DNA of 64,000 nucleotides from an uncultured virus (IMG/VR IMGVR_UViG_3300028601_000024). Taxonomy: Duplodnaviria > Heunggongvirae > Uroviricota > Caudoviricetes. A program made the translations under genes and the position numbers. The stretch lies in IMG/VR virus record IMGVR_UViG_3300028601_000024; one strand, given 5' to 3'. This document shows, piece by piece, positions 49,181-60,953 of this stretch; position 1 is the stretch's first letter, and every line of letters starts with the position of its first letter. Below the pieces are notes generated by a model, which had not been told where the DNA came from, searched no databases, and saw only the letters and a list, made by a program, of their open reading frames with translations.

Positions 49181-50053
49181 ATGATAGTAACACACAACGG
49201 GATTAATTACACTAGACCAAAAGTTTTTTTATTACAGCATTCAGGTTTAGGAGTAGCGGAATTTGCAGGGCGAACAGCATATGATAGTTTCAATAATAGT
49301 GAAAATGAAATTATCCGAGAAGCAAACAATGCGTATTCATCAAATGAAATATATAATTGGTCAGAATTAAATGATATTAGAAATTCATTAAATAATATCG
49401 AATCAAGTGAATTACTTGATTCACTTAGTTGGGTGCATCATCATCACTCTGTAATTGAGTTAGCAAATATTTCATATTTAGTTAAAGGTACAAGTCGCGG
49501 AGTCTTACAAGAACATGCTAGACACCGTATACAATCATTAACAGTGCGCAGTACTCGTTACACTATGAGTAGTATAATTAACGCATTTCTTGCGAGCTTA
49601 CGTTGTGAAAACTCATTGGAATCTAAATTATGGTTTAGATATATTATTAACACATTTGATATGTTTGTTACGAGTGATACGTTATATAATGTAATTGAAA
49701 TTGATGCAATGTGGGAGAAATTAAATTATCAGGTTGCCATATTAGGAGACAAATTTTATGAAATAAGTGTTGCTAAATCGAGTCTAGAATTTCTAAAACT
49801 CGATAATCCAGATGAAATATTTGAGGCATTGCAAAATGGTAAAAAGAAGAGAAATGTAGGCGATAGTTTTAAACATATTATAACAGACAATTTCAAGTGT
49901 GATTTAGTATTTAATATGAACTTGCGTTCATTAAAAAATTATTTAACTCTTCGAAACAGTGGGGCGGCATATTTTCAAATTAATTGGCTCGCTGAGGAAA
50001 TTATCAAAGTTACTCCTCAAAAATATTTAGATTTAATAATCAAGAAAAAATAA
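49181..50053 (+). CDS. thyX: FAD-dependent thymidylate synthase
   Basis: AGRTAY, HHSVIE, SRGVLQEHARHR, STRY, NLRSLKN, LR. Confidence 0.92.
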   Translation: MIVTHNGINYTRPKVFLLQHSGLGVAEFAGRTAYDSFNNSENEIIREANNAYSSNEIYNWSELNDIRNSLNNIESSELLDSLSWVHHHHSVIELANISYLVKGTSRGVLQEHARHRIQSLTVRSTRYTMSSIINAFLASLRCENSLESKLWFRYIINTFDMFVTSDTLYNVIEIDAMWEKLNYQVAILGDKFYEISVAKSSLEFLKLDNPDEIFEALQNGKKKRNVGDSFKHIITDNFKCDLVFNMNLRSLKNYLTLRNSGAAYFQINWLAEEIIKVTPQKYLDLIIKKK

Positions 50054-50573
50054 AGAGTCGGCGGTTTGGTGTGTTTACCTTTACACCGTGTTGAAAGTGA
50101 TTTTAATAAGATTTGTAAAGAACTTTTAGAAGTAACTGAATACATAGAGTATTTAGATAGATTTTTATCTTTATATGAAATCGCTACATTTAAAGCCACT
50201 AAATCCGGATTATATTGTTTAGATATTGGTAGTTTGGTATTTCGAGATATGAGTAAATGGAATTAAAAATGGAAGAATTTGTATTTAACTTGGAATTTAA
50301 CAAACAGAAAAGGAGCAATCATGGAACTAACTATACCTTACAAATGGACTAGTTTAGAATTAAATACACAACCAAATGGTAACATATTATTAACTTTGTC
50401 AGATGATTTAGAGTTACAACATCATCTTATAAGTGAACTTATGGTTTTTGTAAGTTATGAAGATTTTATAGAAGCTATTGGTACAGAAGAATTTGAAAAA
50501 ATGATTGAGTTTTATAATACAAAATTAGAGGAGTAGTGCAACTACTACAAATACCCAGACAAACGGAGAATGA

Positions 50574-51116
50574 ATGAAAACGATTACAATTGATGGGGTA
50601 GAGTACAAATTAGTCCCCAAATATTATAAATCAGAAATTAACACACTCAAAGAGAAGTACGAAACGGGTAATTATATTTGTGTATTTTGGAATATTAATG
50701 AGTGGATGATAGCTAATAGACCTAATTGGTATATCCCTTTAAAGCGAAAACTTATCCATATTAAACACGAAGAAATCCTTAATGCTTATTTATATGACAA
50801 TTCTATTGATATAGAAGTATGGGGAGGTGAAGAATACGGATTGATCAGAAATGAATTTATAGATACTTATGATGAATCTTGTATCTACAAATTAACACCA
50901 CCTTCTAACCCGATCAACTTAGATTTAAATGAAATCCCTTTTAAAAAGAAAGCACAAGAAAATATTAGACACCTCATGAATGGTGGGAAGTGTTCTCATG
51001 GTAAATATAAGCTAAAAGTTTTTCAAGGTGAAAACGGAAACTTTTATATCGAAAAGAGAGATGGTAGTTGTGAAACTTTCTCTGGACTTTTCAGAGAATT
51101 AAAAATAATCCGCTAA
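50574..51116 (+). CDS. Hypothetical protein
   Basis: ORF with RBS. Confidence 0.6.
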   Translation: MKTITIDGVEYKLVPKYYKSEINTLKEKYETGNYICVFWNINEWMIANRPNWYIPLKRKLIHIKHEEILNAYLYDNSIDIEVWGGEEYGLIRNEFIDTYDESCIYKLTPPSNPINLDLNEIPFKKKAQENIRHLMNGGKCSHGKYKLKVFQGENGNFYIEKRDGSCETFSGLFRELKIIR

Positions 51117-51133
51117 AATTAAGGAATAGATAG

Positions 51134-51490
51134 ATGATACCACCAAGTAAAGAATTATTAAGCGCAGTTTTGGATCTAACGTTACCATTCGAAGCATATA
51201 TAGTTGGAAACACTATAACTATTCACTTAAGTAGTTTACAAACAGATGACTGTGGGTACGAAATTAACGTCTACGAACTAGCCCACAAGTGTAAAGAGTG
51301 GGCTGTTAATCTTAAACCAAATAAGCATGCATTGTCTTCATATCCGAGATGGAATAATATAAAGGACTATCCAGAAACTAATGGAAATTATTATATTTGT
51401 CAACATTTAGTTACAGGTATTCAATTTGAAGCTGAGACAGAGCCAGAAGCAGTTTTCAAAGCGTGTGAATATTTAAAGGAGATCGAATGA
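51134..51490 (+). CDS. Hypothetical phage protein
   Basis: INVYELAHKCKEWA...FEAETEPEAVFKACE. Confidence 0.6.
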   Translation: MIPPSKELLSAVLDLTLPFEAYIVGNTITIHLSSLQTDDCGYEINVYELAHKCKEWAVNLKPNKHALSSYPRWNNIKDYPETNGNYYICQHLVTGIQFEAETEPEAVFKACEYLKEIE

Positions 51491-52347
51491 AATTAGATGA
51501 ACTAGGCAAAAATAAATTTCCTTGTTTTAGAAAGCATACTAAGAGTAGCTTAATAGTAGAATTTATTACTGAAAATTCATGTAATGTACTTGTGTCTAAT
51601 GATGTATATCATTCAGATCACTTTATGAAAAATGTAATAGATTATGATGACACTACAATATGGGTGCCATGTGAAGACCCTCGTAAACGTAAGTTTAAAG
51701 TAGGTGACACTATTAAACTTGTGAACAACAATGATTTTAAATGGACCATAAAGAGTATTGAGAGAGATAGATATAGGCATACTTGCGGAGCTTTCACATT
51801 ATTTAGCATGGAAGACATGCACGAACTCGTTGAATCAACTAGTTGCTCTTCTGATCCAACCACATCAGAACCTGAAATTAAAGTAGGTTCACACTGGGAG
51901 TGTATTTGCGCATCAAACGGAAATACCACAAGAGAGGTAATTAAGATTACCAATATTACGTATAAAAAAGTATATTGGAAATCTAATATAAATCGCTCAA
52001 GTTCGGCGAGTAAAAGCTACTTGTTCAATAACTTTACACCAAGACCAGATCTAGACACACACATAACTGAACACAGCAATGTGGAACAAGTAAACCAAAC
52101 AAACCAAAAGGAAAACACAATGGAAAAAATGGATTTAGGATTACTAGCAATGATGGCAGCAAATAGCAAACACGTAGTTATTGTAACTAAAGACGATGAG
52201 TATGAAAGATACTTCTACGCTGATGACTTGGAATCAATCAAAGCTATTGTAGCAGAACCAAAAAACGAACTTAAGAAGTTCCATGTGTTCGACTACAGCA
52301 CTACACTAGCTCAGAAACCTCGTAAAGTCATAGAAGTTAAGCACTAA
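51487..52347 (+). CDS. Hypothetical mosaic protein with small SH3-like modules
   Basis: FKVGD and IKVGS modules; internal RBS + ATG at ~52120. Confidence 0.55.
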   Translation: MKLDELGKNKFPCFRKHTKSSLIVEFITENSCNVLVSNDVYHSDHFMKNVIDYDDTTIWVPCEDPRKRKFKVGDTIKLVNNNDFKWTIKSIERDRYRHTCGAFTLFSMEDMHELVESTSCSSDPTTSEPEIKVGSHWECICASNGNTTREVIKITNITYKKVYWKSNINRSSSASKSYLFNNFTPRPDLDTHITEHSNVEQVNQTNQKENTMEKMDLGLLAMMAANSKHVVIVTKDDEYERYFYADDLESIKAIVAEPKNELKKFHVFDYSTTLAQKPRKVIEVKH

Positions 52348-52360
52348 TAACCACCAACCT

Positions 52361-52488
52361 ACTCACTTGAATTACAGACTAGCAGAGTGAGACCGGTTTC
52401 GAGGCTGTATCTCGCTGGACCGGCGTGGAGATGGAAATTCTCTCAGCCACAGTACGAATACTAGAAGCTGTGGTATATAGTAGTATTT
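52361..52488 (+). ncRNA. GC-rich structured element ending in an H-type pseudoknot
   Basis: CTCACT/AGTGAG, CCGGT..CGAG/CTCG..ACCGG, CCACAG/CTGTGG with loop AATACTA pairing to TAGTATT. Confidence 0.5.
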
Positions 52489-53408
52489 TTTACGAAGGGT
52501 TTTATGATGAGTTTAGACATGAGTAAGATAGATTTATATAAAGGTGACCGTTTAGAGAGAATTTGAGAGAAGAATAGATGTGAGTTTTTTATAGTTTGGG
52601 ATTATGGACAAGGGATGTGCTATTCTTGCACAAAGATAGGTGAATCACATAATGTTATTGACATTCCTAATGATTGTGAATTTATGGAGTTTATAGAAGA
52701 TACAGTAGTAGAGAAAGGATTGTTTGATGAGTAAGATAGAATTAACAGATAACCAAAAGAATCACATAGGTAACGCATTATTGTTTATGTGTAGATATTC
52801 TTATCCAAGAAAAACAAGTGCTGATATGGCATGTAATAGTGCCTTAAAGGCATTGTGGGAATATGTACCAGAACACATTAAGAAAATGATTGTAGATGAG
52901 ATTAAGTGTGAGATTGATTTGAACAATACAGCAAATGACCCGATAATATGGGAAGATTTTTTAAAATGGGAGATGAGGGAGACTAAAGATGAGTGAGATA
53001 GATTTATATAAATGCGGCTACCCATATGTTTAAAAAAATAAAATATATTTATTGTTATATAAAAGTATCCAACTTGCAAGATAGAATTGGCTCACTTTTT
53101 TTCACTGAGTTTAATAAAACCAAAAGAACTACTTTATGGTATATGGCTGGAAAAACAAAGGATACGCAGATGCTATAGATTATGCTTTTTTTAAAGTTTA
53201 TCACTTATGGGGAATTGATGGACTCACAGATGCAGAAAAGATGGGATTTTAAATGATAGCCAAAAAGCGTACTGAAGATACATCAGAGAAAAGATTGTTT
53301 GAGGATACCAAATGAAGAAAATCTAGTAAAACAGTCTCAAAAATGTTTATATATGACAAATCTGATATTAGTAATCTTTGAATCCGTTCAACTCAGGTAC
53401 ATCAAAAA

Positions 53409-53482
53409 GGACTTGTAGCTTAAATGGATAAAGCTAACGCCTCATAAGCGTAGAGATTTCGGATCATACCCGAATGAGTCCA
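53409..53482 (+). tRNA. Atypical tRNA with CAT anticodon (possibly pseudo)
   Basis: GGACTTG/TGAGTCC acceptor stem, ACGC-CTCATAA-GCGT, T-loop ATCATAC, no CCA. Confidence 0.65.
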
Positions 53483-55896
53483 CTATTTAATTTTTTACTT
53501 TGTGTAATACACATCTCTGTGTAAATTTAATCAGTCACAAAGTATTCGCTAAATCAAAAATGAGGAATTCAAATGGATGATATTAAAACTGTTCGGAATT
53601 TAGAATCAACTTTTACACCTAGTATGATTGGTGACAAATACCAGGTAAGTGGAGTCGAGGGAGACTCGAGATACTCAACAATTGCAGAAGTGCATAGTAA
53701 AGACGTAGGATTTGGTATCGTGTTTAAAATTAATGATAAATTTCATTATTTATATGATCATATTCTATTACGAAAATTATAAGAAACATAAGGAAAAACT
53801 CATGACTTTTGAAGAAATACAGGCATTAAAAGAAGAGTATGGTAACTCAAATAAATTGCTAAAAGAATACCAAAAAGCAGAAGAAAGACTTAAACAAGTC
53901 TTTGACTTTCATAATGAAAATATTATACCCAATGCTATTTTCAAAATAACATTTGAGCGTGAAGAACAATATGATCAATTAAATGAAGACATATTAAGTT
54001 GTCTAAGTTTTGACTATGATAAATTTTATGATCTAATGGGTGAGCAAGAAGAGAAGATTTCTGAATTAGAAACTCAATTAGAAGATATTATTGATGTTTC
54101 CGAGATATAGACTTGAAATGAATAATTTAAGCGAAATTGATCAAATAATTTTTGAATTGTTTATTAATAACTGGAGTGGTAGTTGTGTATTATCTAGTTT
54201 AGATAATATGAAAAAACAACTATATAAAAATTTACAAAACCAAATAGATGGATACTGGTCAGGGAGAACTGCATACAATATTATGATTAAAGGTGGATTT
54301 TTAATTGATGGTAAAAGTTCTACAAAAAAAGAATTGACAACGTTAGGTAAATTATTTATGCAAAATTATAAATCAAGTTTAATGGATTGTGAGAGAAGGT
54401 CAAATGATTAAAATTAATAATATTTTTGGATTTTTAGTTTTATGTTTCCTTTTTATGCTAGTTTGGTTTCTAAGTGGATATGTATTAGAAAGACAACATA
54501 TTTCAACATTAGATAAAAATTGTGAAACTCATATGAAGTTTCACAATGAAATATTGATTAGAAAATCAGGGCAATGCAATGAAAATTGAATCAAGAATAG
54601 GCATCGAAATACATGATGAATTCATTTCAAAAGAATATATTCAAAAATTAGGATTTGGTGAACTTAAAATGATACTTAGTTTTATTGATAATTTGGACAC
54701 TTTACATAAGGTAGCTAGTTGGCACTCAGATAAAGCTATTCATTATGCACAAGAACTAGATAGAAACATAAGGGTAATATAATGGATTTAAAAGAGGTTT
54801 TCCACTTAGAAGAACATGTTGAAATTGAGCAAATTAAATTGAATAAGTTAAATAATTCATGTGATCATATTAAGAGATTCTTTAATTATGAGTCAGTAAA
54901 TCTTTCAACTAAAGAGACAATCATCATAGATATGGGAAATAAAACATTTAGTAGTAAAAGTGATTTAGGAAATATTATTGTTAATTGTTTAAGTTTTGAT
55001 TTTGGAAAACTATTATATGAGATCAATAATCAAAAAAAGATTGTAGCTGATCTTGAATTAAAATTACGAAAAGTGAAACATGCTTTAAAAAATATTAAGT
55101 AAGGAACAATATGACAGTAATTGTATCAAATGATGAAATATTATATCTTCTTAAAACATTAGGATATACTATTGATATTAAAGTAGTTGATGATTCAAAA
55201 AAGGTTACTATTTTATCTAAAATCAGTAATCCACATGTTCTTCCACACTGTTATTCTAGTGAATCCAGTGATGAATATATTAGAAGAGATTGTGTACAAT
55301 ATGTACTAAAATGGGCAGGATTAGAAGTTGTTCCTATGTTGCAGTATGTCTAAAAATAAAAGGGAAAATAATGACACATACTAGAATTTTAATTGGTGGA
55401 ATAATGATCTTATTATTATTATTAATTCTTGATACTTTTTATATTGGATTGTTTTCAACTGAAAAGGTGAGTACTCATAAAATTGAAAAAGTATATCTGG
55501 AACGATTCTTATTACTTGATAATGGCGAAATGATTCAAATGGAGGATTATAGATATGTAGATTATAATACTATTTATAAAAAAACTTATACTCATCACCA
55601 TTTAATTTTTCCAAATTTTAAACCAAGAGTAATTATAAAATATTCTTTAGAGGCGGATTAAATGAAAACTAAAAATAGAAAGAGTGTTCTACGAGTTATT
55701 GAATTAAATAGTAGAATACATACCGATCAGGTAATGCAAGAACTTTACAATGAAATACTTTGCGATAATGACCTCCCTGGTATTTTTCAAGATATATTAC
55801 CATTTACTAATTCTAAAATATTTAAAGAACAATGTATTTCTACTGTTCAATTTATTCCTTTAGTAAAATTTAGAAAAATTAAAATAAAGAAATAAC

Positions 55897-56490
55897 ATGA
55901 AACAATTAAATGAAGAAGAATTAAGAAAGTTAAGGCTAGACGATAGTGTTGATTGGCGCGATATTAGTAGTTTCCAAAGACTTAATGAAGATTTTATTCG
56001 AGAGTTTAAGGATAAAGTTGATTGGCGTGAGATAAGCATATATCAAAAATTAAGTGAAGATTTTATCCGCGAATTTAGGGATAAAGTTGATTGGGTACAG
56101 ATTAGTGATTATCAAAAATTAAGTGAAGATTTTATCCGCGAGTTTAAGGATAAAGTTGATTGGGTACAGATTAGTGTTCGTCAAAAACTTAGCGAAGATT
56201 TTATCAGAGAGTTTAAGGATGAATTAGATATTAGATGTATCAATCTTTATCAAAATCTTAGTGATGAATTTCTGGAAGAATTTAAACTACAAAGACGATA
56301 TATCAAAATAGTTCATAATTGTGGAAATAGTAATCGCCGAATTTATCGCAAGATAGAGACTCCTGGATTAATTCATATCGGATGCTTTATAGGCACGCAT
56401 CAAGAAGCAATTGATGCAATTAGTAAAAGATATGATGAAGAAGAGAGGGATGCGTATATAGCAAAAGTGAATGAGTGTTACAAAGATTGA
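55897..56490 (+). CDS. Tryptophan-repeat protein, paralog of 48231..48896
   Basis: VDW..IS..QKLSEDFIREF repeats and IHIGCF domain. Confidence 0.8.
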   Translation: MKQLNEEELRKLRLDDSVDWRDISSFQRLNEDFIREFKDKVDWREISIYQKLSEDFIREFRDKVDWVQISDYQKLSEDFIREFKDKVDWVQISVRQKLSEDFIREFKDELDIRCINLYQNLSDEFLEEFKLQRRYIKIVHNCGNSNRRIYRKIETPGLIHIGCFIGTHQEAIDAISKRYDEEERDAYIAKVNECYKD

Positions 56491-56791
56491 TAAAGGAATT
56501 TTATGAAAAATTTAAATGAACGATTTAATATCGAAGTATTGGTTATTAGAATAAATGGCAAAATTGACCACGTAATAGGAATACACGATCATTACACAAT
56601 TGTAATACTTAGTATTCCTAAAAAAGATTTGAATGAAGAGGCAATTAAAAAATTAACCGAAAGTTATCATACAGAAGATGATAACTATATTCATTTATAC
56701 GAAAATGAAGCAAAAGATCAAGTAAGAGATATAGGTAATCTCAAAATCAACATTGAAACCATTAATTTATTAGATGTGATAAGGAAAAATA

Positions 56792-57589
56792 ATGAATTAT
56801 AGACAATTAAAGAAACACAATAAAAAAATGATTAATCAGCAATTAAATTATTTACCATATACCATTGAATCGAAAAACTTTGGCGGTGGATACTTTATAT
56901 TTTCATTTGAACCAGCTAGTGTTTGTCATTTCACATTAAAAGAATTTCCTGATTGGAAATTCGCAATTTGGAATCAGGAAGTGTTTAGTATATTCTGTGA
57001 CAATATTTACATGATTAATAAATTCAAACCCGGACATGGATTCATTAATGAAAATTCTATGCAAAAATTTGTAGAAGAATTGGATGAACTTCGTGAAACA
57101 TTGTTAGGTAAAGATACCCATATGAGTAGATACATTGAAGCATGTGATGAGGCTAAAAAGGATCAACTTCAACTTGATGAATTCAATAGAAAAAATTACC
57201 AGATTATACTTGACGAATTAAATAAAATAAATTCAGAGCAATCAGATATAGAACTAGTTTTACATGATAATTGTACAAAACATTTGAAAGTTTCTCCTAG
57301 ATATAATATCATTACGAAAGTAACTCATGAATTTAATGAATCATCAACTATTGATCAAAATAATCAATTAGATTTTATGAATTATAAACGATTATGTGAT
57401 GTAATTCTATTTGATGAAGAAATTTCAATATTAAAGGATACATATGTTTTTGATTCCAGTGTGCATTTAGAAGTTATGAATTCAGCTGAATATGAATCTC
57501 GAGCAATTAGGTATGATTATACTTTAAAAACATTCGATGAAAAATTGGATAAAATTTTAAAGGATATGGATGAAAGTAGTAATAAGTAA
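56792..57589 (+). CDS. Hypothetical protein
   Basis: 265-aa ORF. Confidence 0.6.
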   Translation: MNYRQLKKHNKKMINQQLNYLPYTIESKNFGGGYFIFSFEPASVCHFTLKEFPDWKFAIWNQEVFSIFCDNIYMINKFKPGHGFINENSMQKFVEELDELRETLLGKDTHMSRYIEACDEAKKDQLQLDEFNRKNYQIILDELNKINSEQSDIELVLHDNCTKHLKVSPRYNIITKVTHEFNESSTIDQNNQLDFMNYKRLCDVILFDEEISILKDTYVFDSSVHLEVMNSAEYESRAIRYDYTLKTFDEKLDKILKDMDESSNK

Positions 57590-57783
57590 TTACACAATTA
57601 GTAATTTAAACATTACTAAAGATAAAATATACCCAATTTTGGCGAAAAGTGAAAATTTTATCAAAATCAAGAATGATATTGATAAAAGTCTTCATTTTCA
57701 AATTAAAAGTTTTTATCAAATATTCTCTCCTTTATCAGAGAGGGAATAAATAGATATTTCTATATTAACATAAGGAAAAAATA

Positions 57784-58083
57784 ATGAAAAAGATAGTTTT
57801 ATTGGTAATGATTGCGAGTTCAGTTTTTGGGTTAACCACTAAACAGTTCCATTTAAAGAATAATGGTTATAATGGATTCTTAGATGATAAAACCATATTA
57901 TATATTGATAAAGATGTTAAAGTAGGCACAACAGTGGATGCAAACCATATTGGTAAAGTTCTTTGTAACGATCCACAATTGTTTGTGCTTATTAATGAAG
58001 GATTAACTATTACTATGATTTATATATTTGAAGATGATAGTGTGCTAAGCATCTTAATCAATGATTGTAAATTAAATAAATAA
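57784..58083 (+). CDS. Exported hypothetical protein
   Basis: Signal peptide; preceded by TATTTCTATATTAAC at ~57756. Confidence 0.6.
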   Translation: MKKIVLLVMIASSVFGLTTKQFHLKNNGYNGFLDDKTILYIDKDVKVGTTVDANHIGKVLCNDPQLFVLINEGLTITMIYIFEDDSVLSILINDCKLNK

Positions 58084-58903
58084 GGAATATCATGACAGTA
58101 AATGAATTAATTGAACATATGGAAAGTGTTCCGGATGACTACAAAATAAAATTGGTATATGGATATGGTGTTAACCAACAATACTTTACAAGTGACTTTA
58201 TTACGGATAGTTGGCGAGGTAGCTATAATTTACCAGCAACTGAATTTGGTGGTGATGATACATTATTAAATCAAATAAATAATTTAAAAGCAACCCATGG
58301 TAAACGAGTTAGAGGTGGAAATTATATTTTAGATGGTGATTCTACATTATTCTTTGTAGAATGTTGGGATGAAAGTGGCGACTGTGTAGCAGTAAGAGAT
58401 GTTCAAGTTGATCATGAAAGTGAAGAATTATTATTCTTTTTACAAGATAATATGTATTAATAAAAGGTATCAAATGAAAACTAAAACATCAATAATTGAT
58501 AATTTAACAAACTCTGAAATTTCTGAAATTCTTAAACAATATGAAGAATTAAAAAATAAAGGATTTACAGGGGATGGTATACTTAGACAAAAAGCTAAAG
58601 AATACTTTAGTGATTTACCAGAATCATTATCTTTAGAACTTTTTGCAAAAGAAGTCGCATATCAAGTTTGTATAAAATATTGGATCAATGATGTTCTCGA
58701 AAAATAATTTAAGTGTTGAATTATTTTATTGTTCAGGTGATTATGAATTTCCTGATTTAATATTTAAAGTTATTGCAAATAATGAAATTAGGTATGATCA
58801 AGTATCATACCTTTTAGATCATAAATTATATAACTATATTTTCGACAATAATATTTCACAATTGGAAAAAAATTATTACGATATCCTACTTTAAAGGAAA
58901 TAT

Positions 58904-59347
58904 ATGAAACAGATTGAATTATACACAGATGGATCAGCTCTTGGTAATCCAGGAAGAGGAGGATGGGCATATATTTTAAAATATAATGAACATATTAAAA
59001 AAGATAGCGGTGGAGTACCTCATGCTACTAATAATCAGATGGAATTGCTTGCAGTAATAAAAGGACTCAGTGTATTAAAAGAACGTTGTTATATAAAATT
59101 ATATAGTGATAGCAAATATGTATTGGATGGTTTAAATACTTGGATTAAAAATTGGAAACACAATGGATGGAGAACAAGTAGTAGAAAACCAGTTGCAAAT
59201 GGCGAATTATGGAAAGAATTAGATGCCCTCTCAGAGAAACACTATATAGAGTTTAACTGGGTAAAAGGACATAATGGTGATCCAATGAATGAAGAAGTTG
59301 ATTCAATGGCTCAAAATGCTGCTCGTGGTATGAAAAAGGAAAACTAA
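58904..59347 (+). CDS. rnhA: Ribonuclease HI
   Basis: YTDGSALGNPG.GG, TNNQMEL, DSKY, WVKGH, NE.VD. Confidence 0.97.
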   Translation: MKQIELYTDGSALGNPGRGGWAYILKYNEHIKKDSGGVPHATNNQMELLAVIKGLSVLKERCYIKLYSDSKYVLDGLNTWIKNWKHNGWRTSSRKPVANGELWKELDALSEKHYIEFNWVKGHNGDPMNEEVDSMAQNAARGMKKEN

Positions 59348-60356
59348 ATGGGAACTTTTTTAAAAATATTTTTTGGCGGGGTATTGTTTATTGCATTAGT
59401 AATGATTGTGGTATTAATTATAATTTGGGTACCAATGCAGATATTAAATTATTTTGAGGTTGTTGATTATCGACAATTAATTTATTTTTGTATTATGGTA
59501 CCTTGGATGAGTTTTGTATTCACTGTTATATTTTTTATAGCAGACGGGCTTGATTAATGAATGAATTAAAATATATTGATGAAAACATTAACTATTTTCG
59601 AAAAATTATTCTAGGAGAATTTAATAACTCTCCTGCTGGTAAATATTTTTCAAATAATGAAGAATTTCAGAATAGTGATCAAGCAGAAATTGGTGCACGT
59701 GGTGATTTATTATTTCTAAGCTACTTTGCAGGTGAAAGAACTTATTTATTAAGATGTCTTCAAATTGATGAAGACAATATTGAAATAATATTCAATAAAT
59801 GGTATCAATCTTTAATAAAAGATATTGATAATCCACATTTAGCACCTGGATTCAAAGAGTGGTATAATCTTTATTTTTTACCATTATATTATTCAGTAAG
59901 AAAATAAAATGATTATAATGCCACAGATTTCTAATGATTTGTGAATTAAATTAAAAATATGTTAAAAGAGGTGAACACAATGAATAAAACACTCCGTGGA
60001 GAATACAAAATTGCTTCTAAAGAAGTTCAAGATATATATTATTATATATTCAATGGTGGACCAGTAGATGATATTAAAAGATCATTGCAGCTAGTAGAAA
60101 CTTTACCAATTTTAAATAAAGAACCCGTAAAGATTCGCAATCGAAAAGGACATTTAATTGGTTTAATTGGAATAAAAGGAAGCTTAAGAAAGTTCAATTC
60201 TGATTTTAATAAAGGATGTTGGTATTTTGATGGCAATCGAGTTGGTAAAAGAAAACAACTATTAATAGATGCATTCTTTACTGATGCCCCGGTTCCTACT
60301 GGACTCAATGAAGTAAAAGTCTGGAATAAAATTCAATATAGACTACGGGCAAATAT

Positions 60357-60953
60357 ATGAAAAAAGAATATTTGAGTCATGATAAATTATTAGAAAAATT
60401 AAATAATCAATCACATGCAACATTGATTATTGTTGGTCGAAATGGTTCAGGAAAAACATATTTGTCTCGACAAATTCAAAATTCACTTTTAGATAATACT
60501 GGGTTTTATACGATAAATGAAAATGTTCAATTCACAGATGCAAACCCTTTTAATTCGGATGATTATAAAAACGCAATTATTCATAAAGTAGTGCATTCCA
60601 CAGGAGAATCACTATATAATCAAATTCTTGATACTATGAATACAAAAGATAATATAATACTTGATGAACCTACCGCTACTCTAGATTTATTAAATTCAAG
60701 TATTATAATCGAATCTTTTATTAGACATAATGGAAAAATTAAGATAATTACCACAAATGACTATCTTACTTTAAAATTATTAAGTGATTATATTAGTAGT
60801 GCTTATAATGTTGAAACAGGAACTTTTGTTCAAATTAAAGATTATATAAATGATTTAATTGATGAAACAATTAACACTTTAAGTGATCTACCATTTGAAA
60901 TGATACCAATAAATAACTACAATAAACTAAAGGAAACATATGCAAGAGGGTGA
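60357..60953 (+). CDS. ABC-type/AAA ATPase-like protein
   Basis: GRNGSGKT, STGE, ILDEP..LD. Confidence 0.8.
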   Translation: MKKEYLSHDKLLEKLNNQSHATLIIVGRNGSGKTYLSRQIQNSLLDNTGFYTINENVQFTDANPFNSDDYKNAIIHKVVHSTGESLYNQILDTMNTKDNIILDEPTATLDLLNSSIIIESFIRHNGKIKIITTNDYLTLKLLSDYISSAYNVETGTFVQIKDYINDLIDETINTLSDLPFEMIPINNYNKLKETYARG

